The notes below the pieces were generated by a model. The model was not told where the DNA came from and did not search any database. It saw nothing but the letters and a program-made list of their open reading frames with translations. Positions 37,479-47,900 of a DNA stretch of 64,000 nt are shown in pieces. A program made the translations under genes and the position numbers. The stretch comes from a virus: IMG/VR virus record IMGVR_UViG_3300011268_001497, positions 1-64,000 of that record. One strand, 5' to 3'. Numbering within the stretch: position 1 is the stretch's first letter; each line of letters opens with the position of its first letter.

Positions 37479-38116
37479 ATTCTGGGGAATGGGGAGTTCC
37501 TATTCCCTTTGAAAAGATATATTGGGAATTAAAGTATTTATATGCGGGGGACCCTGAGTTTTCGCTGGAGAACTACGCCTCGCTTCCGTTTCAATATGTA
37601 TTAGAAGCCTACTCGAATGGGGCCAAGGAGCGTCAGTCTGGACTGCACTCCAGCGAAGCTCCCGTCTCATTGCTGTGCTCGATTATAGCTAACGCAAACA
37701 GGGATTCTAAGAAGCGCAGAGAGCCCTATAAGATGGAGGACTTCTTCCTCTATCAACCGAGGGATTCCAGGAATCTTCCTTCTTCTGTCTATGGTGCTGC
37801 TGCACTTGAGTTAATCAGACTTGGATTAATGCCATCCTGGAGTCTGTTTGCCTTTAAGGCACTTAAAGAAGCTGCTGCCGGCGCTCCGCCTGAACTTGTG
37901 GCTTTTGTTGGCAAGGATGTGATGATTCTTGCTCCATCTATATTAGATGGAGAGATAATGGGAATGATTATCGCTCTCGAATCTTCGTATCTTAAGGTCA
38001 GAGATCTTGAGTCCCCTTGCGGACGCAAGGTTCGAGTAAGGGTCCCGAAGATGCTGGGGAAGTTCTGCGCAGAAGAGAACTTGGTTATGCCGCTTGTTGA
38101 CAGACAAAAGAACTGA
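36942..38116 (+). CDS. tail assembly chaperone frameshift fusion (gpGT-like, -1 shift at 37475)
   Basis: The -1 frame has no stop from 37448 to 38116 and no ATG/GTG/TTG start before 37670, yet translates to protein-like sequence (GKVNSGEWGVPIPFEKIYWELKYLYAGDPEF...); predicted fusion about 391 aa. Confidence 0.6.
37469..37475 (+). promoter_or_regulatory. -1 programmed ribosomal frameshift slippery heptamer G GGA AAG
   Basis: Zero-frame codons GTG GGA AAG TAA; same heptamer as the phage lambda G/GT site. Confidence 0.65.
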
Positions 38117-38507
38117 TTCGAGCAGTCATATCGGTCGGGCCTTGCTGGGTTTTGTGATAACCAATCTCAAGCCAGTCCTTGATTTTCTGCTCTTTAATGG
38201 CATCGTAAAAGGTTTGCCTTTGATACCACGTCTTCCAGTCTTCACTTCCCTTTGCGTGATTACAGCTTTTGCAAGCCGGCACGCAATTACTGGTTCGATC
38301 TTCTCCTCCCCTGACCTTTGGTCTGACGTGATCAAGGGTTAGGCTTTTGTCGTCTATTGGCGGGGTTCCGCAATAGGCGCAGCAGTTATTCCAAGCGTTT
38401 TTAATGGACTGACGCCAAAGGCCTTTGGCCTCCTTATTAGTCATGGCTTCAAGATTGTAAAGGTAATCTTTGACCGTCTCGCGGGTCGGAATCGCCTTGG
38501 AAATCAT
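38085..38507 (-). CDS. HNH endonuclease (free-standing, opposite strand inside the tail module)
   Basis: 140 aa; CCAYCG...LTLDHVRPKVRGGEDRTSNCVPACKSCNHAKG; 3' end overlaps the GT ORF by 32 nt (convergent). Confidence 0.85.
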   Translation of the reverse strand: MISKAIPTRETVKDYLYNLEAMTNKEAKGLWRQSIKNAWNNCCAYCGTPPIDDKSLTLDHVRPKVRGGEDRTSNCVPACKSCNHAKGSEDWKTWYQRQTFYDAIKEQKIKDWLEIGYHKTQQGPTDMTARISSFVCQQAA

Positions 38508-38629
38508 TGAAGCTGTGTGTAGACAATCTCGTTGAAGAGCGAGGCAATTGGGCTTCTCATAAAGCGCTTCTGCGATTGTCTTATTTATGATTCCTTGGCT
38601 GGCAGACTAAAACACAGTTGGTGCAGGGC

Positions 38630-39088
38630 ATGTCCCAAGTATTTGCGACAACACCAGAAGTAATATATAATGTATTGTCGAATGATAGTACATTCACAGA
38701 TTTGCTGGGAACGTATACCTTTAAAGGCGGCAGTACTGCTAATTCTATTGCAATATTAACGCCAGGGATGCAGCTTCCGCTTGTGGAGTCTCAGGTAGGA
38801 CTGGAATGCATTATTCATGACTCTGGCGATATCACTAGAAAAGACTATATAAATGATGAGGCTAACTTTAGTACAACATGGAAACTGTTCCTAGTTGTAT
38901 GGGACCCTGCGACCGGTTCAGACTTAGACGCTGCTGTCAAACGTGTCATGCATCTTTTTCATGGCGCAACATCTATTGAAACTCTGGCGGTTGCTCAAGG
39001 TCTAAGAGCAAGGGTGCAAACCATGGTGATGATTCCTGAGAAGAGCGGGATCCATCAAGATGCCATTGATATTTTAGACAATATATAA
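38630..39088 (+). CDS. hypothetical tail protein, possible tail terminator/completion protein
   Basis: ORF 38618..39088 (TTG), ATG at 38630; sits just upstream of the tail tube candidate. Confidence 0.5.
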   Translation: MSQVFATTPEVIYNVLSNDSTFTDLLGTYTFKGGSTANSIAILTPGMQLPLVESQVGLECIIHDSGDITRKDYINDEANFSTTWKLFLVVWDPATGSDLDAAVKRVMHLFHGATSIETLAVAQGLRARVQTMVMIPEKSGIHQDAIDILDNI

Positions 39089-39182
39089 GGACAAAAGGTA
39101 GGTTACCGTTTGTAGGAACACTACGTTAGTGGGGTGAATCCCCCGATTTTGCTCTGTTTTCCGGGATTCCGGTAATTCACCC

Positions 39183-39815
39183 ATGGCCAATTACTCTGCA
39201 GCCTTTGGCTACGACGTTTATATCCTCCCGCTGCTCTCCAGCGAGGTTGATGTTGCTTTTAATGGTATTACCTCCGGCACTGGCACATCCAGTAGCACCG
39301 CTTTCCTGAAGACCGATAGCCTTGCTGCTGGTGATGGCGGCAATATCGCAGCTTCTGATTCCACCGTTTCTTTCAACTCCTCCACCGGTATCTTCACGGT
39401 TGAGAGCAATGCTTATAACATGGACGGCACTGACAAGCCGTTCCGCCTGTATGGTCTGACCAACGCTTCGCTTGAGACAGACACCAACGCTGAAGACGTT
39501 TTAACCTACGACGACGAGACTCGTGGTTTCAACACTTCGATTGCTACCTCCAAATCCTGGAGTGTGACCCTCGAAGGTGTGGCTGACTTCAAGGATGCCG
39601 CTTATCAGATTCTGCGTCTGACTGAGCAGAACACTGTGGCAAACAGCCTGCGCGTGAAGTTCGTGCGTGTTGGTCCTACCGGCACTAGCGAGACCATCTA
39701 CGGTTACGGCACCCTTAGCGGCTATTCTGAGTCGGTGGAAGCTGGCTCGATTGTGTCCTGGTCTGCCGATCTGGTTGGTTACGGCGCTTACAAGCTCGAT
39801 ATCGACGCCAACTGA
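39183..39815 (+). CDS. putative major tail (tube) protein
   Basis: 210 aa immediately upstream of the tape measure; strongly biased G/C-ending codons like the capsid gene; own strong terminator. Confidence 0.6.
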   Translation: MANYSAAFGYDVYILPLLSSEVDVAFNGITSGTGTSSSTAFLKTDSLAAGDGGNIAASDSTVSFNSSTGIFTVESNAYNMDGTDKPFRLYGLTNASLETDTNAEDVLTYDDETRGFNTSIATSKSWSVTLEGVADFKDAAYQILRLTEQNTVANSLRVKFVRVGPTGTSETIYGYGTLSGYSESVEAGSIVSWSADLVGYGAYKLDIDAN

Positions 39816-39836
39816 GCTACTTGAAAACACCCAAAG

Positions 39837-39859
39837 CCCCGCTCCGGCGGGGTTTTTTT
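39837..39859 (+). terminator. rho-independent terminator between tail tube and tape measure genes
   Basis: CCCCGC-TCCG-GCGGGG followed by TTTTTTT. Confidence 0.85.
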
Positions 39860-39890
39860 GTTGGCAGACTAATTTAGCTTTTTACGGCTA

Positions 39891-42800
39891 ATGCTTGAGA
39901 TCCCAATTAAGGTAGGAGTTACCAAGGATCAAGCACAGCGAGCCATTGAGGATTTCGTTAACGGTGCTCGGGATAATCTTAATGATATTGTAGGTGCTGG
40001 TAACTTTAATATTGATGTCGAGGTTGACTTTACAGCTACTGGTGGCAAGGAAGTAACTGCTCAGTATAGCCAAATAAAAACAGAAGCTTCGAAGTACGAA
40101 GCTCAGCTTGAGAAGAATTCCAGGACTCAGAAGGAATCAATTACAAGCTTAAGACAGTCTGTCAACAGTTTAAAGCAGCAAAGAGATGCTTTAAATCAGA
40201 CCAATCCTGCGTGGGCCAATTATAACAAGCTAGTTCTTGAAGCGCAAGAAAAGCTTCGTGCTGCTAGCGGCATCCAGAAGGGCAGTCTTACGGATTTAAG
40301 ACGCCAACGTGAAGAACTGACCAAACTCAGGGATGCTACTGCTCGCTTCCCAACTGGTCCTGGAGGGAAAGCTTCAGGCCCAACATGGAATCAGTTAAAT
40401 AAGGAGATCGGAGAGCTGAACAGGCAGATTAACGCTGCCACACCAGGGTTCAGCAAGTTCTTCAGTGTTCTAAGTAAGGTCGCGACTGTACAGGCGGGCT
40501 TTACTGCCTTGACAGCAGGCATTTCTTCGATTGGCGGCCTTGTTAATGCTTACGTTGGCAGGATCAAGCAGGTTGAAGGTTTTACGCTGGCGTTGAAGAA
40601 CGTTGGCTTATCCTCTGCCGAAGCAAACGGCTACTTAAGGGAATCAACTCAGATTGCAACAGACCTGGGCGCTCCTGTGCAGCAGGTGGAGAAAGGATTC
40701 AAGAGGATGCTTCCAGCCTTGAGAGCTGTAGGCACCTCTGCCGCCGACTCCAGTAAGTTTATTACTGGCCTTACTGCCAGAACACAGGTTCTAGGCTTGT
40801 CAACCGATGAATCAGGGAGACTGTTCGAAGCCTTCGCTCAGGTGCTGTCTAAAGGCAAACTGCAGGCGGAAGAATTAAACCAACAGATTTCTGAACTTGA
40901 TGGTAGCTTCAGAACTCAGTTAGCGGATGCCGTTGGTGTTTCGACCGAAGCACTTACTGAGCTGATCTCAGAGGGCGCAATTACTGCACCTGTATTTGTT
41001 CAGGCTTTCCTGAAAATGGAAAATGGCGTGGACGCGCTGCAGAAGAGAATCAAAGAAGGTAATGCTACTATTCAGCAGCTTCAAAATAACATCAGCAATA
41101 TTAGCGTTAAGAATCTTGAGACTATTGGCCGCGCTATCGAGCCGGGGATCAAGTCATTCCTGGAACTGACTAATCAGGTTGTTACATTCATCCGAGAGTT
41201 CTTAAAGACAGAGCAATTCAAGACAATAACAACTGTATTTAATCAGGTCGCTAAATCTCTTGAAAATATAACCAAAGGGTTTCTTGCTGCCCTCAAGGTT
41301 GTTATAGCAATTACTGAGCCAATCTTTAGAGTTGTCAACGCAGTTCTTGGCCTGGGCAAAGAGTTTGGCGGACTGATAGGTATTGTTACAACCTTGCTGG
41401 CGGCTCTGGCTGGCTTCAGGTTGATGCAAACCATCGGTGGATGGGTTGACGGTCTTAAGCAAAGATTTGCGACGTTACAGACAGAGGCAACAAAAACTGC
41501 TGCTGCGACCGAAAGATTCCAAAAAGTAGCTGGCAATACAACACTTAGCAACCTGACAAGACAGGCCCTTGTTGGAAGTGAAGTCTTTAAGCAGCTAGGT
41601 CAGAGCATTATTACTGCAGGGGCTAATCTGCTTGGCTTTAAAACGAAAGCTGAGGGTGCCTCCAGAGTAACAACTGGCTTTGATACCGCAGCATCCGATC
41701 TTGCCAGTACTGCTGGCAACCTTTCATCGACTCTTGGTGGATCCGCTCAGGGCGTCGACGGTTTCAATAAGGCAGTTGGCGATGGAGCTAAGTCAACGGG
41801 CTCTTTCTCAAGATCGGCTCAAATCACGGCAAAGTATTCTCTTGACTTTGGCCGCGCATTAGGCTGGACTGCTGGGGAGTCTGCGAGATTCCTTCGCACT
41901 GCCAAAGAGAGCGGTCCTGTTGTTTATGGACTTGCGCGGGGGTTTGCTTTTGGTGCTGGCATTGTTGGCAAGCTTCAGACTGCATTTGGTTCGCTAGTTA
42001 CAGGTCTTAGATCATTTGGCAGTGTTGCAAACTCTACCAATGCTCAGGTTGGCGGCTTAGGTAGAACTGCTCAACTTACGGCTAAATATAATCTTGAATT
42101 TGGACGCGCCTTAGGCTGGTCTGCTGGTGAAACAGCCAAGTTCTTGCGGTTAGCGAAAGAAGGCGGCCCCGTCATGAGCGGACTTGCCAGAGCGGCCGGA
42201 ACAGGTATCACTGCATTCCAAGGTTTTGGACGTGCTGTTGGGGCCGTAAAGGTTGGACTGAGCGGGCTGGGGAGTCTGGCTAAAGGCGTTGGCCAGAACC
42301 TGGCGCTAGCGCTTTCGGAAATATTTAATCCGGCCACGATGGCCATAATGATGATTGGTAATTTGATTCAGATTTGGCAGGCGTCTGGTCAGGCTGCAAA
42401 GGAAGTTAAGGCTTTATATGCTGAGTCACTTGATACTCTTCGAATGGGGTACGAGAAAGCTACTAAGAAGTCAACTGAGTATGGTAAAGCTTCTTCTACT
42501 TCTACGAAAAGCACGACCAAGGATTTAGATAAACAAAACAAAGCTACGGAAAGGTCAGGCTGGGGTTGGACTGCTGCTACTGTGGCTCTCGGTGCCGCTG
42601 CGGTCGCTGCAGTTGTTCTTACTGGTGGCCTAGCTGCGGCTGCGGCTGCTGGTGTTGCTGCTGCTGGTGGCACCGCTGCAGCTGCCGCTGCTGCTGGTGC
42701 TGCTGCAGTTGCTAGCACACAGGGGATGCTGCTTCTTGGCGCCGGAGCCGCAGCGGCCGGTGGGGCTTTGCTTACAACCAAGCAGGCTGTGAAGGAATTA

Positions 42801-44564
42801 CAGACCAGTGCCAGAGGAAAGCAATGGCTTGAAAGCACTAAAGAATTTAATGTTCAGCTTACCAAGAACAATCAAGCCATAAAAGACCTGAATATTAGCA
42901 CAGGAACACTGGACTTTAGCAAGTTTGCGGAAGGTTCTACCAACCTTCAAAGAATTGGCGATGCTCTCCTGGCTAATTATGCTGGAACCAAACAGCAGAT
43001 TTCTGAAAACGAAGAGTTAATTAAATCTGAATTAGCGAAAGTTGCTCCAAATAAGCTGCTGATTGAACAGGCAAGACAGCAAAACGCTCAACTGCAGGAT
43101 ACTTTGGTCAAGCAGAAGCTGCTTCTAGATGCTTATAATGCAGAAATTGCCGCCAGAGTCAGAAAAGGGCAGGCAGTCAACTACGAGTCGATGTCGCTAG
43201 AGGAGCTCATCCAGCTTCAGGATACATCAATCAAGCAAGTTGAAAAGCTGCGAGAAGTTCAGGGTTTAGCAATTAAGGGCTTCTCTGATCTTCAGGGTGA
43301 CTTAATGGGTCTAGGTACGTCTGGCGTGGCTGCAATGGTTTCTACTATTGACGCTATCGCTGAAAGAGAGCTTGATGGCCTTGATAAGACAGATATCAGA
43401 AGAAAGGCAATCATTCAACAGCAGCTTGAGGCACAGCTCAAGCAAAACGCTTTCGAGGAAAGGCTTGGCCAGTTGCGCCTTAAGCTTCAAAATACAATTG
43501 CTGTCAATGAAGCAAAAATTCAACAAGCTCGCCTTGAGGCGGAGGCAAAAATTGCAGAAGCCCAGGGTAATGTCGACCTTGCTCAAGCCTATAGAGAGGC
43601 TGCACAGGCTCAGGGATCAATTATTCAAGGCTTAAATCTGCAATACAAGATTGAAAGCGGTGTCTTAAGTCTACAGAAAGAAGCAAAAGATCAAGCCGTC
43701 TTGACAAAGGGCACACAAGAAGGCATCTCTCAAGCAGTCTTTGACCGCTATGGAGTTGAGAAAAAGGGTATTGACGAGGTTAGCGGACGAATGGATGGCT
43801 ACATCGGAGAAGTTGAAAATCTGGCTGCAGGCTATGGAACTGCTGCGGAGAACGCTTCGGATGTTGCTACAAACCTTGAGCTTGAGGGAATTAAAAATAG
43901 TGTCAAGCCTATCGAAGAGATGGCGAAGCGTCTAGAGGATGCCAAGCAGGAACTTGGCAAGGCGACGACTGAAGCGCAAAAGATGGCTGAGTACTCTACG
44001 ACTGCATCTGATAACTCCAAGAGTCTGGCCGACAACATGGGTGTAGCTTATAAAAACACTGCAGCCACCAGAGGAGAAATGGAAAAGATGAAAAGCCTTA
44101 TCAATAGCGCACCGAAAGTTCAAGGGCAAAGAGCGCTTGGCGGACCTGTTCAGGCTGGTCAGCAATACACCGTTAACGACGGTGGCGGTCGGGAAGGTTT
44201 TGTCAACAAGTTTGGCAAATTCAGCATGCTGCCTCCTGGTCGCAATATTACCTGGACAGCCCCTTCGAGCGGTGTTGTTATTCCTACACCACTGGTTAAT
44301 GCTTACAAGCAAAACTCTGTTGTTAATAATGACATCAAGAATGTCAATCAGCGCTCCGTGACTCGTAACAGCGTTGATCCGAGTGCGTTGGCAGCAGCTA
44401 CTTCTGGCAACCTAAGCAAGCGAAACGGCTCTTCGATGGCAGGTGCTAGCAACACCCAGCGAATCACCAATAACATCACCATCCAGAGCCAGCAGCCCGT
44501 CATGGACGCTTCCAAGATCATGGCTAACGTGTCACGCATGCGTGCTCGCAGGAGGCCCTTCTGA
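39891..44564 (+). CDS. tail tape measure protein
   Basis: 1557 aa; coiled-coil-rich; tandem ~80-aa repeats (AQITAKYSLDFGRALGWTAGESARFLRTAKESGPV / AQLTAKYNLEFGRALGWSAGETAKFLRLAKEGGPV); Ala/Gly-rich hydrophobic segment. Confidence 0.9.
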   Translation: MLEIPIKVGVTKDQAQRAIEDFVNGARDNLNDIVGAGNFNIDVEVDFTATGGKEVTAQYSQIKTEASKYEAQLEKNSRTQKESITSLRQSVNSLKQQRDALNQTNPAWANYNKLVLEAQEKLRAASGIQKGSLTDLRRQREELTKLRDATARFPTGPGGKASGPTWNQLNKEIGELNRQINAATPGFSKFFSVLSKVATVQAGFTALTAGISSIGGLVNAYVGRIKQVEGFTLALKNVGLSSAEANGYLRESTQIATDLGAPVQQVEKGFKRMLPALRAVGTSAADSSKFITGLTARTQVLGLSTDESGRLFEAFAQVLSKGKLQAEELNQQISELDGSFRTQLADAVGVSTEALTELISEGAITAPVFVQAFLKMENGVDALQKRIKEGNATIQQLQNNISNISVKNLETIGRAIEPGIKSFLELTNQVVTFIREFLKTEQFKTITTVFNQVAKSLENITKGFLAALKVVIAITEPIFRVVNAVLGLGKEFGGLIGIVTTLLAALAGFRLMQTIGGWVDGLKQRFATLQTEATKTAAATERFQKVAGNTTLSNLTRQALVGSEVFKQLGQSIITAGANLLGFKTKAEGASRVTTGFDTAASDLASTAGNLSSTLGGSAQGVDGFNKAVGDGAKSTGSFSRSAQITAKYSLDFGRALGWTAGESARFLRTAKESGPVVYGLARGFAFGAGIVGKLQTAFGSLVTGLRSFGSVANSTNAQVGGLGRTAQLTAKYNLEFGRALGWSAGETAKFLRLAKEGGPVMSGLARAAGTGITAFQGFGRAVGAVKVGLSGLGSLAKGVGQNLALALSEIFNPATMAIMMIGNLIQIWQASGQAAKEVKALYAESLDTLRMGYEKATKKSTEYGKASSTSTKSTTKDLDKQNKATERSGWGWTAATVALGAAAVAAVVLTGGLAAAAAAGVAAAGGTAAAAAAAGAAAVASTQGMLLLGAGAAAAGGALLTTKQAVKELQTSARGKQWLESTKEFNVQLTKNNQAIKDLNISTGTLDFSKFAEGSTNLQRIGDALLANYAGTKQQISENEELIKSELAKVAPNKLLIEQARQQNAQLQDTLVKQKLLLDAYNAEIAARVRKGQAVNYESMSLEELIQLQDTSIKQVEKLREVQGLAIKGFSDLQGDLMGLGTSGVAAMVSTIDAIAERELDGLDKTDIRRKAIIQQQLEAQLKQNAFEERLGQLRLKLQNTIAVNEAKIQQARLEAEAKIAEAQGNVDLAQAYREAAQAQGSIIQGLNLQYKIESGVLSLQKEAKDQAVLTKGTQEGISQAVFDRYGVEKKGIDEVSGRMDGYIGEVENLAAGYGTAAENASDVATNLELEGIKNSVKPIEEMAKRLEDAKQELGKATTEAQKMAEYSTTASDNSKSLADNMGVAYKNTAATRGEMEKMKSLINSAPKVQGQRALGGPVQAGQQYTVNDGGGREGFVNKFGKFSMLPPGRNITWTAPSSGVVIPTPLVNAYKQNSVVNNDIKNVNQRSVTRNSVDPSALAAATSGNLSKRNGSSMAGASNTQRITNNITIQSQQPVMDASKIMANVSRMRARRRPF

Positions 44565-44971
44565 TGGCATCTGGGACCCTCTCCATCAGTTATGGCGGAC
44601 ACACTGTAACGTTTGATAAGTTCTCAGACGACACAGTACCTGGAACCTTTCTTGACGAAGCAACGATACAGTTCACGCAAACTGGTTTAGCTTATTCCAG
44701 CGGGCCTGTTCGTAGAATGAAAAAAGTATTTTCCATTTCTTCTTTTATTACTAAAGAGCAATGGAATTCTTTACTGAGCCTACACTCTGCATGGGATGGA
44801 GCAAGGGCAAGTGGTAGTGCGGTAGCGGAAGTAGTAATAACAAATGGATTGCTTAATCCATCTTCGCCTGTGGTTACGAAAGGCTTTTTTACTGCACAGC
44901 CTCAAATTCAGAAGGTGGCTCCCTCGAATAATTCAATCTTCCTGACGACCTTCGTGCTGCAGGAGACGTAA
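44564..44971 (+). CDS. minor tail protein (135 aa)
   Basis: ATGA overlap with the tape measure stop; position corresponds to distal tail/minor tail genes. Confidence 0.55.
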   Translation: MASGTLSISYGGHTVTFDKFSDDTVPGTFLDEATIQFTQTGLAYSSGPVRRMKKVFSISSFITKEQWNSLLSLHSAWDGARASGSAVAEVVITNGLLNPSSPVVTKGFFTAQPQIQKVAPSNNSIFLTTFVLQET

Positions 44972-47900
44972 ATGGCATATATCAATACAGCAACAAAAAA
45001 CTTTGTTTATGTAAACAATATTGATGTCAGCGAGAATGTAATACAGGGTTCTGTATCTGAAGAATCCCCCCTCGCTTCTAATATTATTTCATCGACAGGA
45101 GAATTAACGCTTGGCGGCTTCTCCAACGCTTTCTCTGTTTACGACTTTCATAAGACTCAGTTCCCGGTTGGCAGCAAGGTAAAAATCTATTGCCAGCTTG
45201 ATGACGGCCAGCTGTATCTTCATCCTCGCGGAACGCTTTACGTTATCAACTCGTCCGTTGATATTAATGCAGAGCAGCTTAAGCTTGAAATAGGCTGTTC
45301 TCTTGCTTTTTTAAAGCAGTACGAATCAAGCTACACGAGTTCTGTTCAGTCATTGTTTGGCTTTGCTCCGGCAGGTCATAAGAATGTAGTTGACTACGAT
45401 AACTATGATCTTGGGACGTTAGATCAGTTACTCAAAGCTTACGGGATAACTATCTATCAAGACAAGTGGGGAAATATTCAGCAGATCGAAGAATTCCCAA
45501 CGTCTGACACTGCATCGAAGATCACGTTTTATGATCTTTATAGTAGTATCAATATTGAATCAACTGGCGGAGACTTCATCTCTGCCGACAGGCTAGAGGC
45601 GACCTTTAGTGTCGATATTCCCGTAACGGAAGCAGATGTTGACGACGACCAAGACAATGATGGTATCCCTGACGCTGAAGATGATGATATCGATGGGGAT
45701 GATATTCTCAACACGGTCGATCCAGACACTGGTAACGATGGAATTCTGGATGAAAAGGATTCTGATGGGGACGGAACTTCTGACAGCTTAGATAAAGACG
45801 ATGATGACAATGATATCCCAGATATTGAGGAACCGGAAAAGCCGAAGGAGGAAGAGATTCCCGATGAACCTGATGGCGAAACCCCTCCACCGAGCTGGGA
45901 CGAAGCTTCAATTGAGAAGACGATCAATTATAGTGGAATACGAGTCAAGCCTGATGACGATTATAATCTGATTACAAATGGCGAATATGGAATTGATGGC
46001 TTAGGGCTTACCACTGACAAAGGAAGCGGGACTAAATGGATTCCGGCGAATTGTGGTAGTTATAGAAAACCCATAACAGAAGAACAAAAAAAGCAAGACA
46101 TCGTCTTTCCTTACTTGAAGCATGCATTGTCTGCTGAAGCTTTTAGCGATGATCCCGGAAGCGCTAAGACGGCAACCAGATCGATCTCCTATTATGAAGC
46201 CATAGGAAATCAGATAAGCAGCTCAAGATCGGAGGAATATAGCCTATCGCAAGAGTATGCCTCTGGCCCAATTAATGCTTACTGTGAATCGGTTGTAAAC
46301 GTTTTCAATGGCCACAAAGACTGGGCAAATGAAGTGTTTAAAGAGGCAGCGGAATTCGCGAAGCAAGCAGTTGAGGCCGCTGAAGAGTCTCTTTATTTGC
46401 GTGCAGGTAAGCCAGAGAATGAGCCATATACGAAGAAAGAAGAAAGACTACAGAATGCGGCCTTGTTTTATTTCTGCTTAAAAGATGACAGAATTGACTG
46501 GGGACTTAAAGGTCTAAGGACTGGTTTATTTTTCTTGAGATATGGTTGCGAGAGTTTAGCTACCTCTGGCACTCTTTGGAATTTATCATCTGCTACTGAT
46601 ACTACCTATGAATATTACACTTCTGGCCAGCAAAGTCGAGTTGTAACCAAAACATATGTCCATATCTGCACTCTTGACTGGGTCAAGAATCGCCATACAT
46701 TTGATTATTTAAGTGTAAAGAACAATGGCAATGTAATGCCAAATCTGTACCTGCCTAATGAGCTGGTTGAATCAACTACGCAAATTGTAGAGTATAGTTA
46801 CTTTAAAACATATACAGAGGAACGCACAACTTTCGTTGATCATATTAATCCAGCCAATAGCACCGTTTCCGTCAAAAGGTCAAGCAATACTTCAGCTAAT
46901 CCAGAGATGTCTCCCAATGAGGAGCAGGCAGATCTTGGTTTAAAAGAAGAGGATCCTACCGGTAGCTCTACATCCTACAATCCAGTTGAGTCGGATACCG
47001 ATAACGATGGAACCAAGGACTGGATGGACTTTGACAAAGATAATGATGGAATCTCTGACGAAGAGGATGAAGACGCAAATGCTAATGGTATTATCGACGA
47101 AGAGGAAGAGGAGCAGCCTGAAGACACGATAGTTGAGACTCAGACAGCTAAATATTGTGACGATAAAACGGAATCAACCGATATTACAGTTTCATATGCA
47201 AATGTGAGTTCCAGTACCATACAAAGTGGCGGCGCCTGGTTCGGCAACAAGAGGACATCGGTAGAGTCTGTGTCCTTCCCGATCCAGTTCAAGCCTACCG
47301 TCGGCATTGAAGTTGCTGGAGTTTGCATTAAGCCTAATTATAACTCTGTCATTGCTTCAAGAGAGGCTCTGGTTCGTCGTTACCTACAACGCCAGATGTT
47401 GAAGTCTGTCGGCGATAATCTTGGCTTCCGCGTCACTGAAAAGATGCGTGCCAATCTTTTTGAATACTACCCATACTATCCTTGCGACCTTCAATTATCT
47501 TCCATCAACAAGACTTTCAGATGCAGATCTGCAGCCTCTACTTGGGCTTTTGATTCAACCAATGCAATATGCAGCATTGATCTCTTTGTAATCAAGGAAG
47601 TTCAAAATGCGGTCTTTAGTGATCCTTTCGCGAACACAGTTCATGCTTATACGTCTGGATCAAGTAATGCTTATTTTTCAACTCAAAACCTGAATATCCC
47701 GGAGACTGCTCAGCAAATTGAGATTATGTCTTTACCCGAGAATGGGGAGCTGATCTTCAATGGTCTATCAGTTGAGCTGTCTCAAGTCATTGATGTTCAG
47801 GATATTACTAGCTCGAACTTCTACTTCGTACCAAATTCCAGCTCCTCTACTCGGATTTCCTTCCTTTATCAAGCTTACAATTACGATGGAGATGCGATTA

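Noticed and set aside
42389-42838. 149-aa minus-strand ORF inside the tape measure gene
   Set aside because: It is antisense to the poly-Ala/Gly (GCN/GGN) segment. The translation is itself poly-Ala/Pro low complexity.
45538-45927. 129-aa minus-strand ORF inside the 1166-aa tail gene
   Set aside because: It is antisense to the GAY-rich thrombospondin-like repeat DNA. The Ser/Ile-rich translation is low complexity.
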